A stretch of DNA of 64,000 bases from the NCBI GenBank assembly GCA_964016885.1, contig OZ024759.1, positions 31,434,001-31,498,000 of the forward strand, read 5' to 3'. Source of the DNA: Eledone cirrhosa (taxonomy: Eukaryota). Under the pieces are notes generated by a model that saw only the letters and a program-made list of their open reading frames with translations, made no database searches and had not been told where the DNA came from. This document shows positions 1-13,451 of the stretch, in pieces (position 1 is the stretch's first letter; each line of letters opens with the position of its first letter). The translations under genes were made by a program, and so were the position numbers.

Positions 1-89
1 TAATTTCACGTGTTGCTTATATGATCATTATTTAATTAGTAATGGGTTGTTTAGTGCGCCTTATTAGCCATATAATTAGTCAGTATATT

Positions 90-985
90 GACTGATCTCA
101 ACCGTCCCTTTCATCCTTCTGAGATCGATCAAATATATTACCAATCAAGGACTGGGATCGATATAATCGAATTTCTCTTCTCCACAAAATTACTGGCCTT
201 ATGCCAAAAAGATTAGAAATCAATTGGCAATATCGGTAGAGCGTCGGACAATATGGTTTGCGGCATAGAGTTATGGTCCTTTACGTTCTGAGTTCAAATG
301 CTGCCCAGGTTAGCTTTGCCTTTCATCCTTACAGGTTCGATAAAGTAAAGTACCAGTAACAAATTGGGGTCGATTTAATCGACTTACTCCTTTCCTACAA
401 ATTTCTGACCTTGTGCCAAATATAGAAACAATTATTATTATTAGAGGTATCGGTAGAGGGTCGGACGCCATGCTTTGCAGCAAAGAGCTACGGCCCTTTA
501 TGCTCTGAGTTCAAATCCCGCCGAGGTTAACTTTGCCTTTCATCATTACGGGGGTCGATAAAATAAAGTACCAGTAATACACTGGAATAGTTGCTGGCCT
601 TGTGCCAAAAGTCGAAACAATTATTAGAGTTGAGTTCAAATCCCGCCGAAAATAACTTTGTCTTTCATCCTTACGGGGTCGATAAAATAAAGTACCAGTC
701 ACGCACTGGGGTCGATTTAATCGACTTTCCCATCCCCCCAAAAGTGCTGGCCTTGTGCTTATATAAGGAACCATTATTGTGGATTGGCAGTATCGGTAGA
801 GGGTCGGACGCCATGCTTTCCAGCATAGTTACGTCCCTTTACGATCTGAGTTCAAATCCCGCCGAGGTTGACTTTGCCTTTCATCCTTACGGGGTCGATA
901 AAATAAAGTACCAGTAATGCACTGGGTAATTGCTGGCCTTGTGCCTAAAGTAGAAACAATTATTATTATAATTATTATTATTATT
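90..985 (+). mobile_element. Cluster of about five head-to-tail or nested tRNA-derived SINE copies (SINE family 1)
   Basis: Repeated GGATTGGCAGTATCGGTAGAG (A-box-like), GAGTTCAAATCC (B-box), GCCTTTCATCCTTACGGGGTCGATAAAATAAAGTACCAG central block and GGCCTTGTGCC..AGAAACA(ATT)n tail. The central block resembles the Meta-SINE domain (from memory, not searched). Confidence 0.85.
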
Positions 986-1135
986 CTTTGAGTCTCAGTC
1001 ATTGATGTTATTTAACTGGAAAGTTTGTTGAAATGAATATCAAGCCGCTACCTGCAGCCTCAGATATTCAGGACGTATCGGAGGGTTCTTGCTGTTCCCA
1101 GCAAGCATGCCTTTTGAAGCGTTCCAAAAAGCGTG

Positions 1136-1335
1136 NNNNNNNNNNNNNNNNNNNNNNNNNNNNNNNNNNNNNNNNNNNNNNNNNNNNNNNNNNNNNNNNN
1201 NNNNNNNNNNNNNNNNNNNNNNNNNNNNNNNNNNNNNNNNNNNNNNNNNNNNNNNNNNNNNNNNNNNNNNNNNNNNNNNNNNNNNNNNNNNNNNNNNNNN
1301 NNNNNNNNNNNNNNNNNNNNNNNNNNNNNNNNNNN
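1136..1335. other. Assembly gap (200 N)
   Basis: Run of n characters. Confidence 1.
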
Positions 1336-1414
1336 CATCGCTGCCCCCAGGTCCTGTCTACTGATTCCCGTTTCCCTAGAGATAACGTCAGGGAATGACA
1401 GCTTCCTGCTCCTA

Positions 1415-1463
<49 letters not shown>

Positions 1464-1483
1464 TATATAGATATATATATATA

Positions 1484-1694
1484 ATAGTAGAACACTAGTG
1501 GGTTATATCCGCAGTAGTAGAGCACTCAGTCCATGGGACGAGTTTGGTGGAAGTAGTTCCACAACGGTTAATTCACCATACCAAGAACAAATGTTTCACC
1601 TTATTCGTAACCTCAGCTAGACCGAGCTGATGATCCGACTAAGGTGAAACATTTGTTCTCAGTAATGGTGAACTAATTGTTGTGGAACTACTTC
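1484..1694 (-). mobile_element. TA-embedded hairpin element with a degenerate hammerhead core
   Basis: Imperfect inverted repeat at about 1548-1694, CTGATGA (1627-1633) and GAAAC (1646-1650), unique tail with GAGTGC on the minus strand (1522-1527), TA tracts on both sides. Confidence 0.6.
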
Positions 1695-1810
<116 letters not shown>

Positions 1811-2188
1811 GATAGATATGTGAAATAGTTGTAGCACACCTATATTGATTAGCTTGTACACTCATACACGGACACACGCTCTCACACGTATTATACGTAG
1901 TTACTGACATATCTTGTCCTCTTCATATTTTGGTCTTTACATTTGTTATTTCTTCTTCGATATATAAATATCACTATCCACTTCAGTAATATAGGGTATC
2001 ACACTTCTGTCATAGTATAAACAAATAAAGGTTTTAAGTCTTTATGAGAAATAATCTTGTGACGTTAAACCAGGTTCAACTGACGGCCTACTTAGTTCCA
2101 GACATAATTCTATTTAGTTAAATATCACTACATTTCTCTGTAAACAGAAAAATCAGAATTATATGTCTCTGTGTCTGAGTGTTATATA

Positions 2189-2295
<107 letters not shown>

Positions 2296-2521
2296 GACGC
2301 ATGTAATAGGATTAGCAAAACAAAGAATAATAATAAAAATAATAAAGTATGGTGGAAACGGTGAGGAGCGTTGACACACAGATTCTTGGTTGACAGGACT
2401 TATAGAATATTACCACGGAACCTCGTGAATGAAGTGACTTATAGAAATTTGCGATAGAACTTCGTGGGTGGTAAACTCTCCAAATATTGGTCGGTGTGCG
2501 ACAGGTGTGCGGTCGAGTCTC

Positions 2522-2685
2522 TTCGCAGTGGAGACTTCTGGTGTCCTTGGCCCTAGGACCACCTCCCTACTCATCACCATCGGCACGGAGTTGGCTACCC
2601 GCAGGTTTGAAGCCCATCAAGCTGAAATGGCTTTTCCAACGCGTCTCCCTCACTATCTTCCGGGGAAAACGTCTTCTCTATTCTG
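2522..2685 (+). pseudogene. Frameshifted C-terminal remnant of a CRE/NeSL-type (RLE) non-LTR retrotransposon ORF
   Basis: FAVETSGVLGPRT..LL..IG..LA, then after a frameshift WLFQRVSLTIFRG. This matches the AVETxGxxG...LFQRxSxxIQRGN motif of these elements. Confidence 0.7.
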
Positions 2686-2787
2686 TCCGCCGGGAATGTG
2701 GAGACCAGCGCATGAACTCCCGTTTGCTTATAATTGTGAAGGATGAAAAGAGCGAGACAATGGGAATTTAATTCCATTATTTTCAGA

Positions 2788-2975
2788 GCGGTGGATTAGC
2801 AGTATCGGTAGAGGGTCGGACGCCATGCTTTGACGCATAGAGTTATGGCCCTTGCCATTCTGAGTTCAAATACCGCCGAGTTTAACTTTGCCTTTCATCC
2901 TTACGGAGTCGATAAAATAAAATACCAGTAATACACTGGGTAATTGCTGGCCTTGTGCCAAAAGTAGAAACAATT
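2788..2975 (+). mobile_element. Full-length SINE family 1 with 14-bp TSD
   Basis: Complete head, body and tail; ATTATTTTCAGAGC at 2776-2789 and 2973-2986. Confidence 0.9.
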
Positions 2976-3537
2976 ATTTTCAGAGCTAATATATATGTAT
3001 ATAGTTATTTACCACACTACATATACTTCGTGAGTGACATCAATTTTGTTTCCAATAGAGCAAAAATGAAAACACACAGAAATAAATAGCTATAAGGTAA
3101 TAAAATAATGAGAACCATGAAATGAATGGAAAGGGGATCCAGCCTAAAATATTTCTTTACTTATTATTTGAAGCTTTGAGTGACTTGCGGCCAGTTTTAT
3201 ATGTTATCTAATGATTCTGATGATTTCCCTACAAAGGAATTTATATGCTACCTTCTAATGTATTTGAATGAAACATATCAATTCAATAATGTATTAATGG
3301 AGAGAGAGAGTGGGGGGAGATATAGAGAGAGAGACAGAGAGAGAGAAAATCAAGCTATAAAGCTAATGTATTTACACAACTAGTAAACTTATAATTCTGA
3401 TTTTATTTATTTATATTGGCGAGATCGATACATATTGGGAAGTAGAAATGTGTTCTGCTTTGTATTGAGTACCTTACTTACTGTGGCTACCCCCGATTGA
3501 ACCCGGGATGAAATTTTATTTATATATATATAATATA

Positions 3538-3567
<30 letters not shown>

Positions 3568-3568
<1 letters not shown>

Positions 3569-3768
3569 GGAAAAGAGTCAAGACCCCGACGGCTGAGCTC
3601 CTGTCGTTTCGACAGCTAGATCGGACAGTTCGGCTCTAGCTGTCGAAGCGGCCGGAGAATCAGCCGTCGGGGTCCTGACTCTTTTCCTATTACCCACTCT
3701 ACTACCCTAAGTATCGAGTACTCTGGTGCGTTATGGTCCACCTGGTATCTTACCACACCCTCTTTGTT
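3568..3768 (+). mobile_element. TA-embedded hairpin element, family A (diverged copy)
   Basis: Hairpin GGAAAAGAGTCA.GACCCCGACGGCTGA...TCAGCCGTCGGGGTC.TGACTCTTTTCC plus the TACCCACTCTACTACCCTAAGTA..GAGTAC...GGTCCACCTGG tail shared with eight other copies. Confidence 0.85.
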
Positions 3769-3834
3769 ATATATATATATATATATACATATATATGTGT
3801 GTGTGTGTGTGTGTAAAAGGTCAACAGAGATAAC

Positions 3835-3935
3835 AAACAACACAATACATGGAAGAAATATATTAGTTTAACGCTTGAAATAGCAGAAAGAGAGTCTTAA
3901 AGATTTCAGACACCCGTCCTTCGTCAGAAGATAAA
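3835..3935 (-). mobile_element. Family C Penelope-like 3' fragment with a minimal hammerhead (3895-3931)
   Basis: Minus strand TCTT CTGACGA AGGAC gggt GTCT GAAA..AAGA; homologous to the copies at 16190, 45630 and 58280. Confidence 0.65.
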
Positions 3936-4070
3936 TAGAATGTAAAGAGTGATGAGAGGGAGGAACGGGGGGGGGTGAGGGGGAAAGGGTAGAGAAAACA
4001 AGCATACGTTCGTATTTTGTCGGCCATCTTGGAGAGTGGCTGGTCAAATGGCGTGTGTGTGTGTGTGTGT

Positions 4071-4112
<42 letters not shown>

Positions 4113-4499
4113 GTATGTATGTATAATAACTCTCAGTACAGCAATATTAGTTTGTATTATATCTAATTTAAATTTGATGTATTTATGGCTACAGTTAATA
4201 AACCTTGCTGCGACAATCTACAGATGTGGAAAAAACATTTTGTCATTTTTTTCCCATAGTCAACTCTCTGACGATTGATGCACCATTTAATTCTTTAAAT
4301 GGCACCAGTTTATTGAGATGTTTAACACATTTTAATGGCGATGTCTTTATATGTTTACACATCGAAACCGCAGCCATTTTTCTTCTCTGTTGTGTTTACT
4401 TTATTTCAAATTGTCAGTTTGGAACTTGTTCAAACCCAAAATGCTACAGACATTAGTTTAGTGATTTTTTTATCTTGTTTATGAGACGGTAAATATACA

Positions 4500-4622
4500 G
4501 ATTCGTTAATATGTCGGATAAAATGTTTTGCAGTATTTATTCCGGTTCTATGAATTTGAATTCAAATTTCGCTGAGGTTACCTTTGCTTTTAATCTCTTG
4601 CGATCGATAAATAAAGTACCTG
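4500..4622 (+). mobile_element. Diverged SINE family 1 fragment
   Basis: TTCAAATTTCGCTGAGGTTACCTTTGC...CGATAAATAAAGTACC. Confidence 0.65.
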
Positions 4623-4636
4623 TCCACTCTTAGCGT

Positions 4637-4865
4637 GGAGGTGCGTAGCCTGGTGGTAATAGGGTTAGACTTTGGATCAAAATGTCGTGAGTTCGATTAC
4701 AGGACTGGGTGTTGTTTTCGTATTGCTCCAGTATACGCAGATGAAAATGAGTTATCAGAAATAGGTGGGAGTTTAACCCTATGATGGACTAGCGTCATGT
4801 CCAGGAGGGTGTCTTGTACTCTCAGTCGCTTAACGCCACAGAAACTGGGATAAATACCAGCCTGG
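4637..4865 (+). mobile_element. tRNA-headed CORE-like SINE (family 2)
   Basis: TAGCCTGGTGG..GAGTTCGATT head, TTGCTCCAGT..GAAAATGAG core and AACCCT..GATGGACT..GTACTCTCAGTCGCT..GAAACTGGGATAA tail; homologous to 27553-27750 and 34786-34915. Confidence 0.75.
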
Positions 4866-5657
4866 TGATACACAATTCTTTTTCATTATCTGTCTCTAAG
4901 AATATGGCGGAACATCGACTGTCTTCCAACCTCTTCCAACGTGAAATGAGTATAGGTTGCGCTGTGTTTAAAATGCACAAGACCCCCACCGTTTTATCAA
5001 TACCAGTTAAGTATAAACATTAACAGTGTGAAATGCTTTTCTTCACACACTTAGATTTATAATTCTCTAATTATTTTCTTGCTAATATATCTCCAATACC
5101 TCTGTTATTCAGTGTCGGCAGAGCTAAATATTTTAACAAGACATAATATAAGATTAAATACATTTTTATTTAACAAAAGCCGTCAACATTTCTTTTTTTA
5201 TCTACCATCTTAATTCAATTTAATCACTCAGGTTTTCTCCTACGACAAACATTTTTTCAAACCACCATTTTCTTTCTACGTATTAAATTTAAAGGTAATA
5301 TATTCAATAGAGGTTATTTCTTACACTCCATATATGGACCGGAAATATCTTCTAATACATTTTGCTCCGCCTTATTTAAGTTTCACTTAGTTTTTGCCTG
5401 CGGCAGCTATTTGACAGTGCATTGTTTTTATCTCAACCTTTGATGTTGTTCTGCTAGGACAGAAACGTGTTCGATCCGCTGTGCACTCATTTTAATAGAT
5501 ATCTTCTCTCAGATTCTCGTCATTTGAGTACTTTCGTATGATGGAGGTCTCAAGGTTCTTTGTAATAGCTTCATATACACACACGTAGGTAAATACACAT
5601 GCTTATATATATATAGCCCAAAAGCACACACACACGGGGACACACAGACATACACAC

Positions 5658-5734
<77 letters not shown>

Positions 5735-5818
5735 ATATATATATTGGATGTGTATATATATATAGGCATACCAACGATTAATATATATATATGTGTTTGT
5801 ATATATATATATATATGT

Positions 5819-7373
5819 TTCACTCAACACCTCCGGGATATTCGTCTCGGCGGGAGTTCCCCATCGCCCGCCACTTTGCTCTCTCCCCCCCCCACACACA
5901 CACACATATCCCCCACTAACACCACTAACACACTCCTCCTTTTCACCGCCCACCCCCTTGGCCCACCCCACAACTAAATACTAAGAGCCCCACCCTCGAC
6001 CACCCTCCCCCAACTAACAATACTAACATCCTCACCCCTCCCCCTATCACGCACACACCCACCTGTACATATATACACGTACTCACACTATCCACACACC
6101 CTACTACCACCACTAACCCTCACCCACACATCCACTCAACCCCCCCCCCACAATAATACCGCTAACATCCCCTCCGATCCCACGCACACGAACACACACC
6201 TTTCCACACACACACACCCACATACACCACCCACTCTACACACCCAACCACCACTAACACCCCCTTTACCACACACTCATCCAAACACGCACACACACAC
6301 CAGTACACTACACTCCCTCCACCGTCCCGCTCACCTTTTCTCTCCCTCTCCCTCCCCCCGCTCCACCTACACCCCTTCACACACACATCCACCAACACCT
6401 CTACTAATACACACCCTATCCCCCCACATGACCCCCTTCCCACTCCACCTTTCACAACTACCCATCCTCTCCCCTGTCCACCGCACCTCCGCACACACTG
6501 ACACACAGTCCTCACCACACACTGACTTTCTCCGCCTGTCATTCTCCTCTACTGCTATGCCTTCATCCTGCCTTGACCCTCTGACCACTTCCTGTTGCGC
6601 GCGCACCCCACATCTCCCCACTTACGACCACCACAACCAACGGATTACACACCACCGGTCATCGTTCCAGCAATCCACTCCATAACATGAAAAATATCCG
6701 GCACTCATCCCACACTCCACGGAACTACCTTAGGAACTTACCCACGGACATACACCCACAATTTTTTTTCGAACCACACCACCTACATCCACACCACGTA
6801 TAAACACCAACACACGCGTGCGTACCCCCCACATATACACATTCAGCCTCCGGAATCCTCACACACCCCTCCCCCATCCCTCTGACCCCTCCCCATCCAC
6901 ACGCACGCACACACCAACCTACACCCCACCCCACACACACACACATTTTCCTGAACATAGAACCTCGTTCTTTCCCCAACTCTCACATTCACATACACAC
7001 ACGTACACCTACACACATACACAAACACGACCTTCAGCCCTCCCCGCTCTGACCCCCCGCCTCCCTCTCCCTACTCCACCCGCCGCCACCCCTACACGCC
7101 CCATACCCTTCCAGCACTTGTTTATCTTTATGTTTATTTTTATTTTTATTTGTACCCCTTCCAACGTTTTTCCTCCCTTCTCCCCCCCCCCCTTTTTTTC
7201 TAAATGCCTCTCCACCACTCCCCCACACACCCTCGGAACTCTTTTCCCACCGAATTTTCTCCTGAAGAAGGGCTTATGCCCAAAACGTCGTTCCCCACCC
7301 CACACTCTCAAGAGCGTGAAACTAATAAACTTTTGTTTGTACTGCCTCTCTGTTTTTGTTCCCGTTCCAGTTT

Positions 7374-7378
<5 letters not shown>
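5819..7378 (+). mobile_element. Highly degenerate Penelope-like retroelement remnant (GIY-YIG-region peptide plus 3' hammerhead)
   Basis: 5819-5880 reads [11 protein letters not shown] / EFPIARHF across a frameshift. Weaker echoes are HFPEHRTS and TLGTLFP. The 3' end has CTGAAGA A GGGC ttat GCCC AAAAC GTC (7262-7289). TA tracts bound both ends. Confidence 0.55.
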
Positions 7379-7453
<75 letters not shown>

Positions 7454-7454
7454 C

Positions 7455-7537
<83 letters not shown>

Positions 7538-7546
7538 TTATTTCAT

Positions 7547-7592
7547 TCATCATCATCGTTTAACGTCTATCTTCCACGCTAGCATGGGTTAG
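7547..7592 (-). mobile_element. Short retroposon 3'-tail repeat (also at 12066-12120 and 28262-28340)
   Basis: CCCATGCTAGCGTG..A.A.ACGTTAAACGA(TGA)n seen three times. Confidence 0.6.
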
Positions 7593-7616
7593 ACTTATAT
7601 ATATACATACATACAT

Positions 7617-7656
<40 letters not shown>

Positions 7657-8230
7657 GCGTACCAATGATTAATATAGATGTGTATATATATATATATTAC
7701 TCCATACATGCATTATATGTATGTGTCTTTGTGAATTTACGCGTGAACATTCATACATCATACAACACCTACAAAAACAAACATGGCGATAAAAGAAGAA
7801 AAATAAAGCGAGAAAAACAAAACAAAACCTATATAAAAGAAAAAGATAAAGAAATCAGACTGGAATGAGAATCCATAGCCAATAGAGTGTACAATGATAT
7901 GATCTAATAGTTCAATATGTCTGCCGAATGACTCCGATAAGACATTGCTTCTTTGGGAAAGGGAGAAAAGTAAAACAACAAACAAGAGAACGCCATCTAT
8001 TGGCAAATGATCAAAACCTTTTAGCCTTTTAGCTATAAAAGCCATTGGCGTTTGCTTACCTGCTGCAGACTCTTTATGATGAAGTTAAATAAACCAACAA
8101 GAAAAAGATGTATATATATATATGAATATATATAAATTGGATTCTGTGTGTATGTGTGTGTATATAAATATATATATTTATATATATAAATATATATATA
8201 TGTGTGTGGTTCTTATCTGTTTATATGCGT

Positions 8231-8289
<59 letters not shown>

Positions 8290-8463
8290 CGTGCATGTGT
8301 GCGTGTGTGTGTGTATGTGTGTGCGTGTTTGTATATATGTATGTATACATATGTCATATTTGCAATGTCTATACATGTATACATAGATATACATATATAT
8401 GTCTGTAATAAATGCAATATGTGTGTATGTTATATATGTTTTTTATGTATGTGTCAGGTTGAT

Positions 8464-8496
<33 letters not shown>

Positions 8497-8601
8497 GGGG
8501 AGATATATATATATATATGCGTGTGGTCATGCGTGCGTGTGTGTGTGCGTGTGTGCGTGAGTTGGAACTTAACGGTTCGACAAAAAAAGAGATTTATATA
8601 A

Positions 8602-8781
8602 TACGTGAATGGACTGAAAAGATCATAGGCTCACTATGAAGGGGTGATGCTAGGGCTGTGATATCGCGCATGCATTAATTTCAACTCTTCTTATTAATAA
8701 CTGCATTGTTTCTTTCTAAGAACTATGTTGAAAAATATATTTCCTTTGGTCATTCTATGAACTTTGCAGCCGAACCTCGTA
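8602..8781. mobile_element. Mariner-type MITE
   Basis: Imperfect TIRs TACGTGAATGGACTGAAAAGATCATAG and CTATGAACTTTGCAGCCGAACCTCGTA with TA ends; a related right end lies at about 17295-17361. Confidence 0.65.
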
Positions 8782-8782
8782 A

Positions 8783-9128
8783 ATTGACAACAAGATTTGA
8801 CAAGAAGTATTTGACAAAACAAGATTTGACAAAACAAGATTTGACAAAACAAGATTTGACAAAACAAGATTTGACAAAAAAAATTTGACTAAACAAGATT
8901 TGACAAAAAATATTTGACGAAACAAGATTTGACAAAAAATATTTGACAAAACGAGATTTGACAAAAAGTATTTGACAAAACAGGATTTGACAAAAAAATA
9001 TTTGACAAAACAAGATTGACAAAATAAAATTTGATAAAATAAGATTTGACAAACAAGATTTGACAAAGAATATTTTGGCAAAAGATTTGACAAACAAAGA
9101 TTTGACAAAACAAGATTTGACAAAAAAA
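8783..9128. repeat. About 15-bp minisatellite (TTGACAAAACAAGAT)n
   Basis: More than 20 degenerate tandem units. Confidence 0.95.
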
Positions 9129-9427
9129 ATATACACCACGCAAGCAGACACCTAATGATAATGAAACAAAGCTCTTAGCCATTCGGCCATACTGCGTTGA
9201 GAGAATATAAGAATGAGAGAATATAAGTAATAAAGAGGAAGTAATATGAGATTAGCAGTGGCGTAGTTTAGACGGTATAATATAAAGTTCTGGAAGTATG
9301 GAGTATTCTTTCAATTTCCAATTGGAATAGGTTCACTATTTCACTGACATTCGACACTATCACTTATCAAGCTGACAAAAGAACATTACAGTCTAGAATT
9401 TCTATTATCCTTTTCTGTCTGACTCTG

Positions 9428-9528
<101 letters not shown>

Positions 9529-9842
9529 CCCGATCTCTACCCCGATCTCTGGCTCTCTTCCCACCCTCCTCTTCCCTCAATCTCTTTCTACGCGTTCTCT
9601 CTCACTATCTCTCTCTCTCTTATATATATATATATATATGTTTCACACATACAAGATATCAAGATATACATAGATATATAGATAGATATACATATATATA
9701 CATATATATATACATATATACATTTATATATACAAATATATACATACATATATACATGTTTACATATACATTTATACATATACACATAACACTTATACAT
9801 ACGTAGATACATATATATATATACATATACATATATATAGAT

Positions 9843-9917
<75 letters not shown>

Positions 9918-9918
9918 G

Positions 9919-9971
<53 letters not shown>

Positions 9972-10056
9972 TATAGATATATACATAGATACATATATAT
10001 ATATACATACATATATATGTACACACACACTCACATATCTATCTATCTATCTATCT

Positions 10057-10189
<133 letters not shown>

Positions 10190-10311
10190 ACACACACATG
10201 AATATATATGTTTAAGTAGGTTGTATGTGTATGTACCTAATCATGTTATTTGTGTGTGTACATGTGTGTGCGTGTCTGTCTGTCTCGGTGTGTGTGTACG
10301 TATGTGCGTGT

Positions 10312-10387
<76 letters not shown>

Positions 10388-10821
10388 ACCTGTGTGTGTG
10401 TGTGTACGTGCCTGTGTGTGTATCTGAGTTCGTTTGTGTTAGATTTGTAAATATTCTCCTAAAAACTAATAGTTGTCGTAACAGTGTGTCTCTAAAGTGG
10501 TCGCTAGCTTTCATCTAAAACTTATTTGGAAACCCTTTCAGACAGTCATATACGGTAGTTATTTAATCACCCATTTGAAACATTTAATAGTATTAATAGA
10601 TCAAAGGACATTATAATTAACCCTGCCACACCAGATGATATTATTTTCCTATATTTGGTTTATTTAGATATTTATTTTCATGTGCCATATGGCCTTTCAT
10701 TAATCAGATCGTTTTACGCACCACACAACATACGAGAAACCGAATACTGTGGGTGTTTAATAACATTTGAATATTGTGTTGATCTACAGAGAAGCAAAGA
10801 GCTGGAGAAGAAGAAAGTACG

Positions 10822-11345
10822 CCGGTGCTGTTTTTTAAGCCATCTTAGTCACCCCCTGGGTCACTGATAGGTACGGTGCTGTTGTTGAAGCCATCTTAGT
10901 CCCCCCCCCCCTCTAGGTCACTGATAGCGACGGTGCTGTTGTTGAAGCCATCTTAGTCCCCCCCCCCCTCTAGGTCACTGATAGGGACGGTGCTGTTGTT
11001 GAAGCCATCTTAGTCCCCCCCCTCTAGGTCACTGATAGGTACGGTGCTGTTGTTGAAGCCATCTTAGTCCCCCCCCCCTCTAGGTCACTGATAGGTACGG
11101 TGCTGTTGTTGAAGCCATCTTAGTCCCCCCCCCCCTCTAGGTCACTGATAGGTACGGTGCTGTTGTTGAAGCCATCTTAGTCCCCCCCCCCCCCCACCCC
11201 TCTAGGTCACTGATAGCGACGGTGCTGTTGTTGAAGCCATCTTAGTCCCCCCCCCCCTCTAGGTCACTGATAGGGACGGTGCTGTTGTTGAAGCCATCTT
11301 AGTCCCCCCCCCCCCTCTAGGTCACTGATAGGGACGCTGCTATAG
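10822..11345. repeat. About 59-bp minisatellite with a variable poly-C run, about 9 units; degenerate units continue to about 11560
   Basis: GGTGCTGTTGTTGAAGCCATCTTAGT(C)nTCTAGGTCACTGATAG repeated. Confidence 0.95.
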
Positions 11346-11662
11346 CTAAGGTCAACTATATAGTCTCCAAGGCCGCCGGTGCTACCGGGAAGGTCTTCTT
11401 AAGTAACCTCCTACGTCGCAAGCAGTGTTGGTGTCACCGTTAAGGCCAGTTTAGGCAGTCCCCCAGGTCGCAAGCAGGGTCGATGTTACAGTTAAGGTCA
11501 TCTTAAGTGGCCCCCTAGATCAAAAGTAGGGCCGGTGCTGTCGTTAAAACCTTCTTAGCAGTCCTCGCACCTATGCGTTATAGTTAAGGGTTCTCTCTAT
11601 GCAAATAAAATTTGTACATATGCTGCAACACCGACTTCGACTCTTTTAAATCTCTCCCCCCC

Positions 11663-11694
<32 letters not shown>

Positions 11695-11902
11695 GAACCA
11701 GTAAGACCCACCGACAAGCTGAGCTCAAGCCGTTTACGACGGCTAATTCTGGACACAGAATTAGCCGTCGAGAATTAGCCGTCGAAACGCTTGAGCTCAG
11801 CTGTCGGGGTCTTACTGGTTCACTATTACCCACTCTAATACCTCAAGTATTGAGTACTTTGGTGCGTTATGGTCCACCTGGTTCCTTACCACATTTCCTT
11901 CG

Positions 11903-11904
<2 letters not shown>
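11695..11904 (+). mobile_element. TA/CT-embedded hairpin element, family A
   Basis: Family A palindrome plus tail, with an internal duplication of AGAATTAGCCGTCG. Confidence 0.9.
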
Positions 11905-11947
<43 letters not shown>

Positions 11948-12166
11948 AAACTATAATATATATATTATATAGGAATCCAGCCGTAGAGAACCTGTCCAGA
12001 CAGTCCTAATACGAGCGAGACATGGTCACCCGACCACATCTTGCTTCAAGTAGGACAATTCCCGTCTAAACCCATGCTAGCGTGATATAGACGTTAAACG
12101 ATGATGATGATGATGATGATATATATATCTATATTATATAATATATTATATATATATATATATATA

Positions 12167-12260
<94 letters not shown>

Positions 12261-12324
12261 TATTGTATAAAGAATAAATATTGAATAAAAATAAAGAAAT
12301 TATTATACTATCATTATTAGAGAG

Positions 12325-12450
12325 AGGTTACGTTTGCCTTTCATCTTATGGGATCGATAGAATAAAGTTCTAGTAACGCACTGGGGTTGATTTAATCGAT
12401 TTTCCCTCCCCAAAATTGCTGGCCTTGTGCCTATATAAGAAACCATTATT
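12325..12450 (+). mobile_element. SINE family 1, 5'-truncated
   Basis: GCCTTTCATC..GATCGATA..ACTGGGG..GGCCTTGTGCC. Confidence 0.8.
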
Positions 12451-12469
12451 TTTTTTCAAATTTTTGTTG

Positions 12470-12530
12470 TGTCAAAATTAGGGTGCGTCCTCTAGGACGA
12501 AGCGTCTTCTCGGCGCCGGGAAATACTGTA
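12470..12530. mobile_element. Putative Tc2/pogo-like DNA transposon end
   Basis: GGGTGCGTC...GCGTCTT..CGGCGCCGGGAAATACTGTA resembles such termini; only one end is seen. Confidence 0.4.
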
Positions 12531-13059
12531 TATATAATGTAATATATAATGTAATATAATATATAATATAATATATATCATATATTTTTTATGTAATATA
12601 TAATATTATATATAATATTATATATAATATATATATATCATATATATATATCATATATATATATAATATTTATATATGATTATATATATAACTATATATA
12701 TATGATATATATATATAATATATATATATGATATATATATATAATATATATATATATCTAATATATATTTATATGATATATATATTAATATATATATATA
12801 ATATATATATATAATATATATATATATATAATATATATAATATAATACTATGGTAATTGCAATAAGCCATAATCGCCTCTAGGCTCTCGCAAATAAAATG
12901 TTGAAAAACATTAAAACTACCGCCACTTATTTCTAATATACAGATTGTGGAATATTAGGGGAACAAGTAAACGAAATTGGGGGTGATGGTGATGGCGTTA
13001 CCGGTGGTTGTGGTGGGCGTTACTTACTACATACATACCGTATATATATATAATATTAA

Positions 13060-13354
13060 GGATACTATTTATAGTTATGTATATTTTAAACTATAAACAG
13101 GGAAGGTCAGTAATTTATTACTACCTTATTACCAGTAAGATAAATAGCTCAATGTAAGAACATCAGTCGTTCTACAGAGCAGTTATATAGAATTCACAAG
13201 AATCAAAGCTATGTTCAAAACATTTATTTACTTACAATTGTTTCATCCAAACCTAGGCTTGGAATCTTCGGAGCACTCCGAAGACACCAAGACTAGGTTT
13301 GGATGAAACAATTGTAAGTGAATAAATGTTTTTAACATAGCTTTGATTCTTGTG

Positions 13355-13358
<4 letters not shown>
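13060..13358. mobile_element. TA-embedded hairpin element with a hammerhead in its arm
   Basis: Inverted repeat 13191-13358 with about 78-bp arms, plus a unique flank. Confidence 0.8.
13274..13320 (+). ncRNA. Minimal type I hammerhead ribozyme, U4C variant
   Basis: CACT CCGAAGA [CCA..TGG stem II] GAAAC aatt GTA AGTG; stem I CACT/AGTG, palindromic stem III ACAATTGT. Confidence 0.65.
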
Positions 13359-13411
<53 letters not shown>

Positions 13412-13451
13412 GATAAGGAACAAGGATTCAGTGTTGCATCATAATATTTAC

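Noticed and set aside
1033-1462. ORFs containing X runs
   Set aside because: Artefacts of the N gap.
7758-8065. 95-aa ORF and a minus-strand CAG|GTAAG donor at about 8060
   Set aside because: No recognisable domain and no matching acceptor; an isolated donor-like site is expected by chance.
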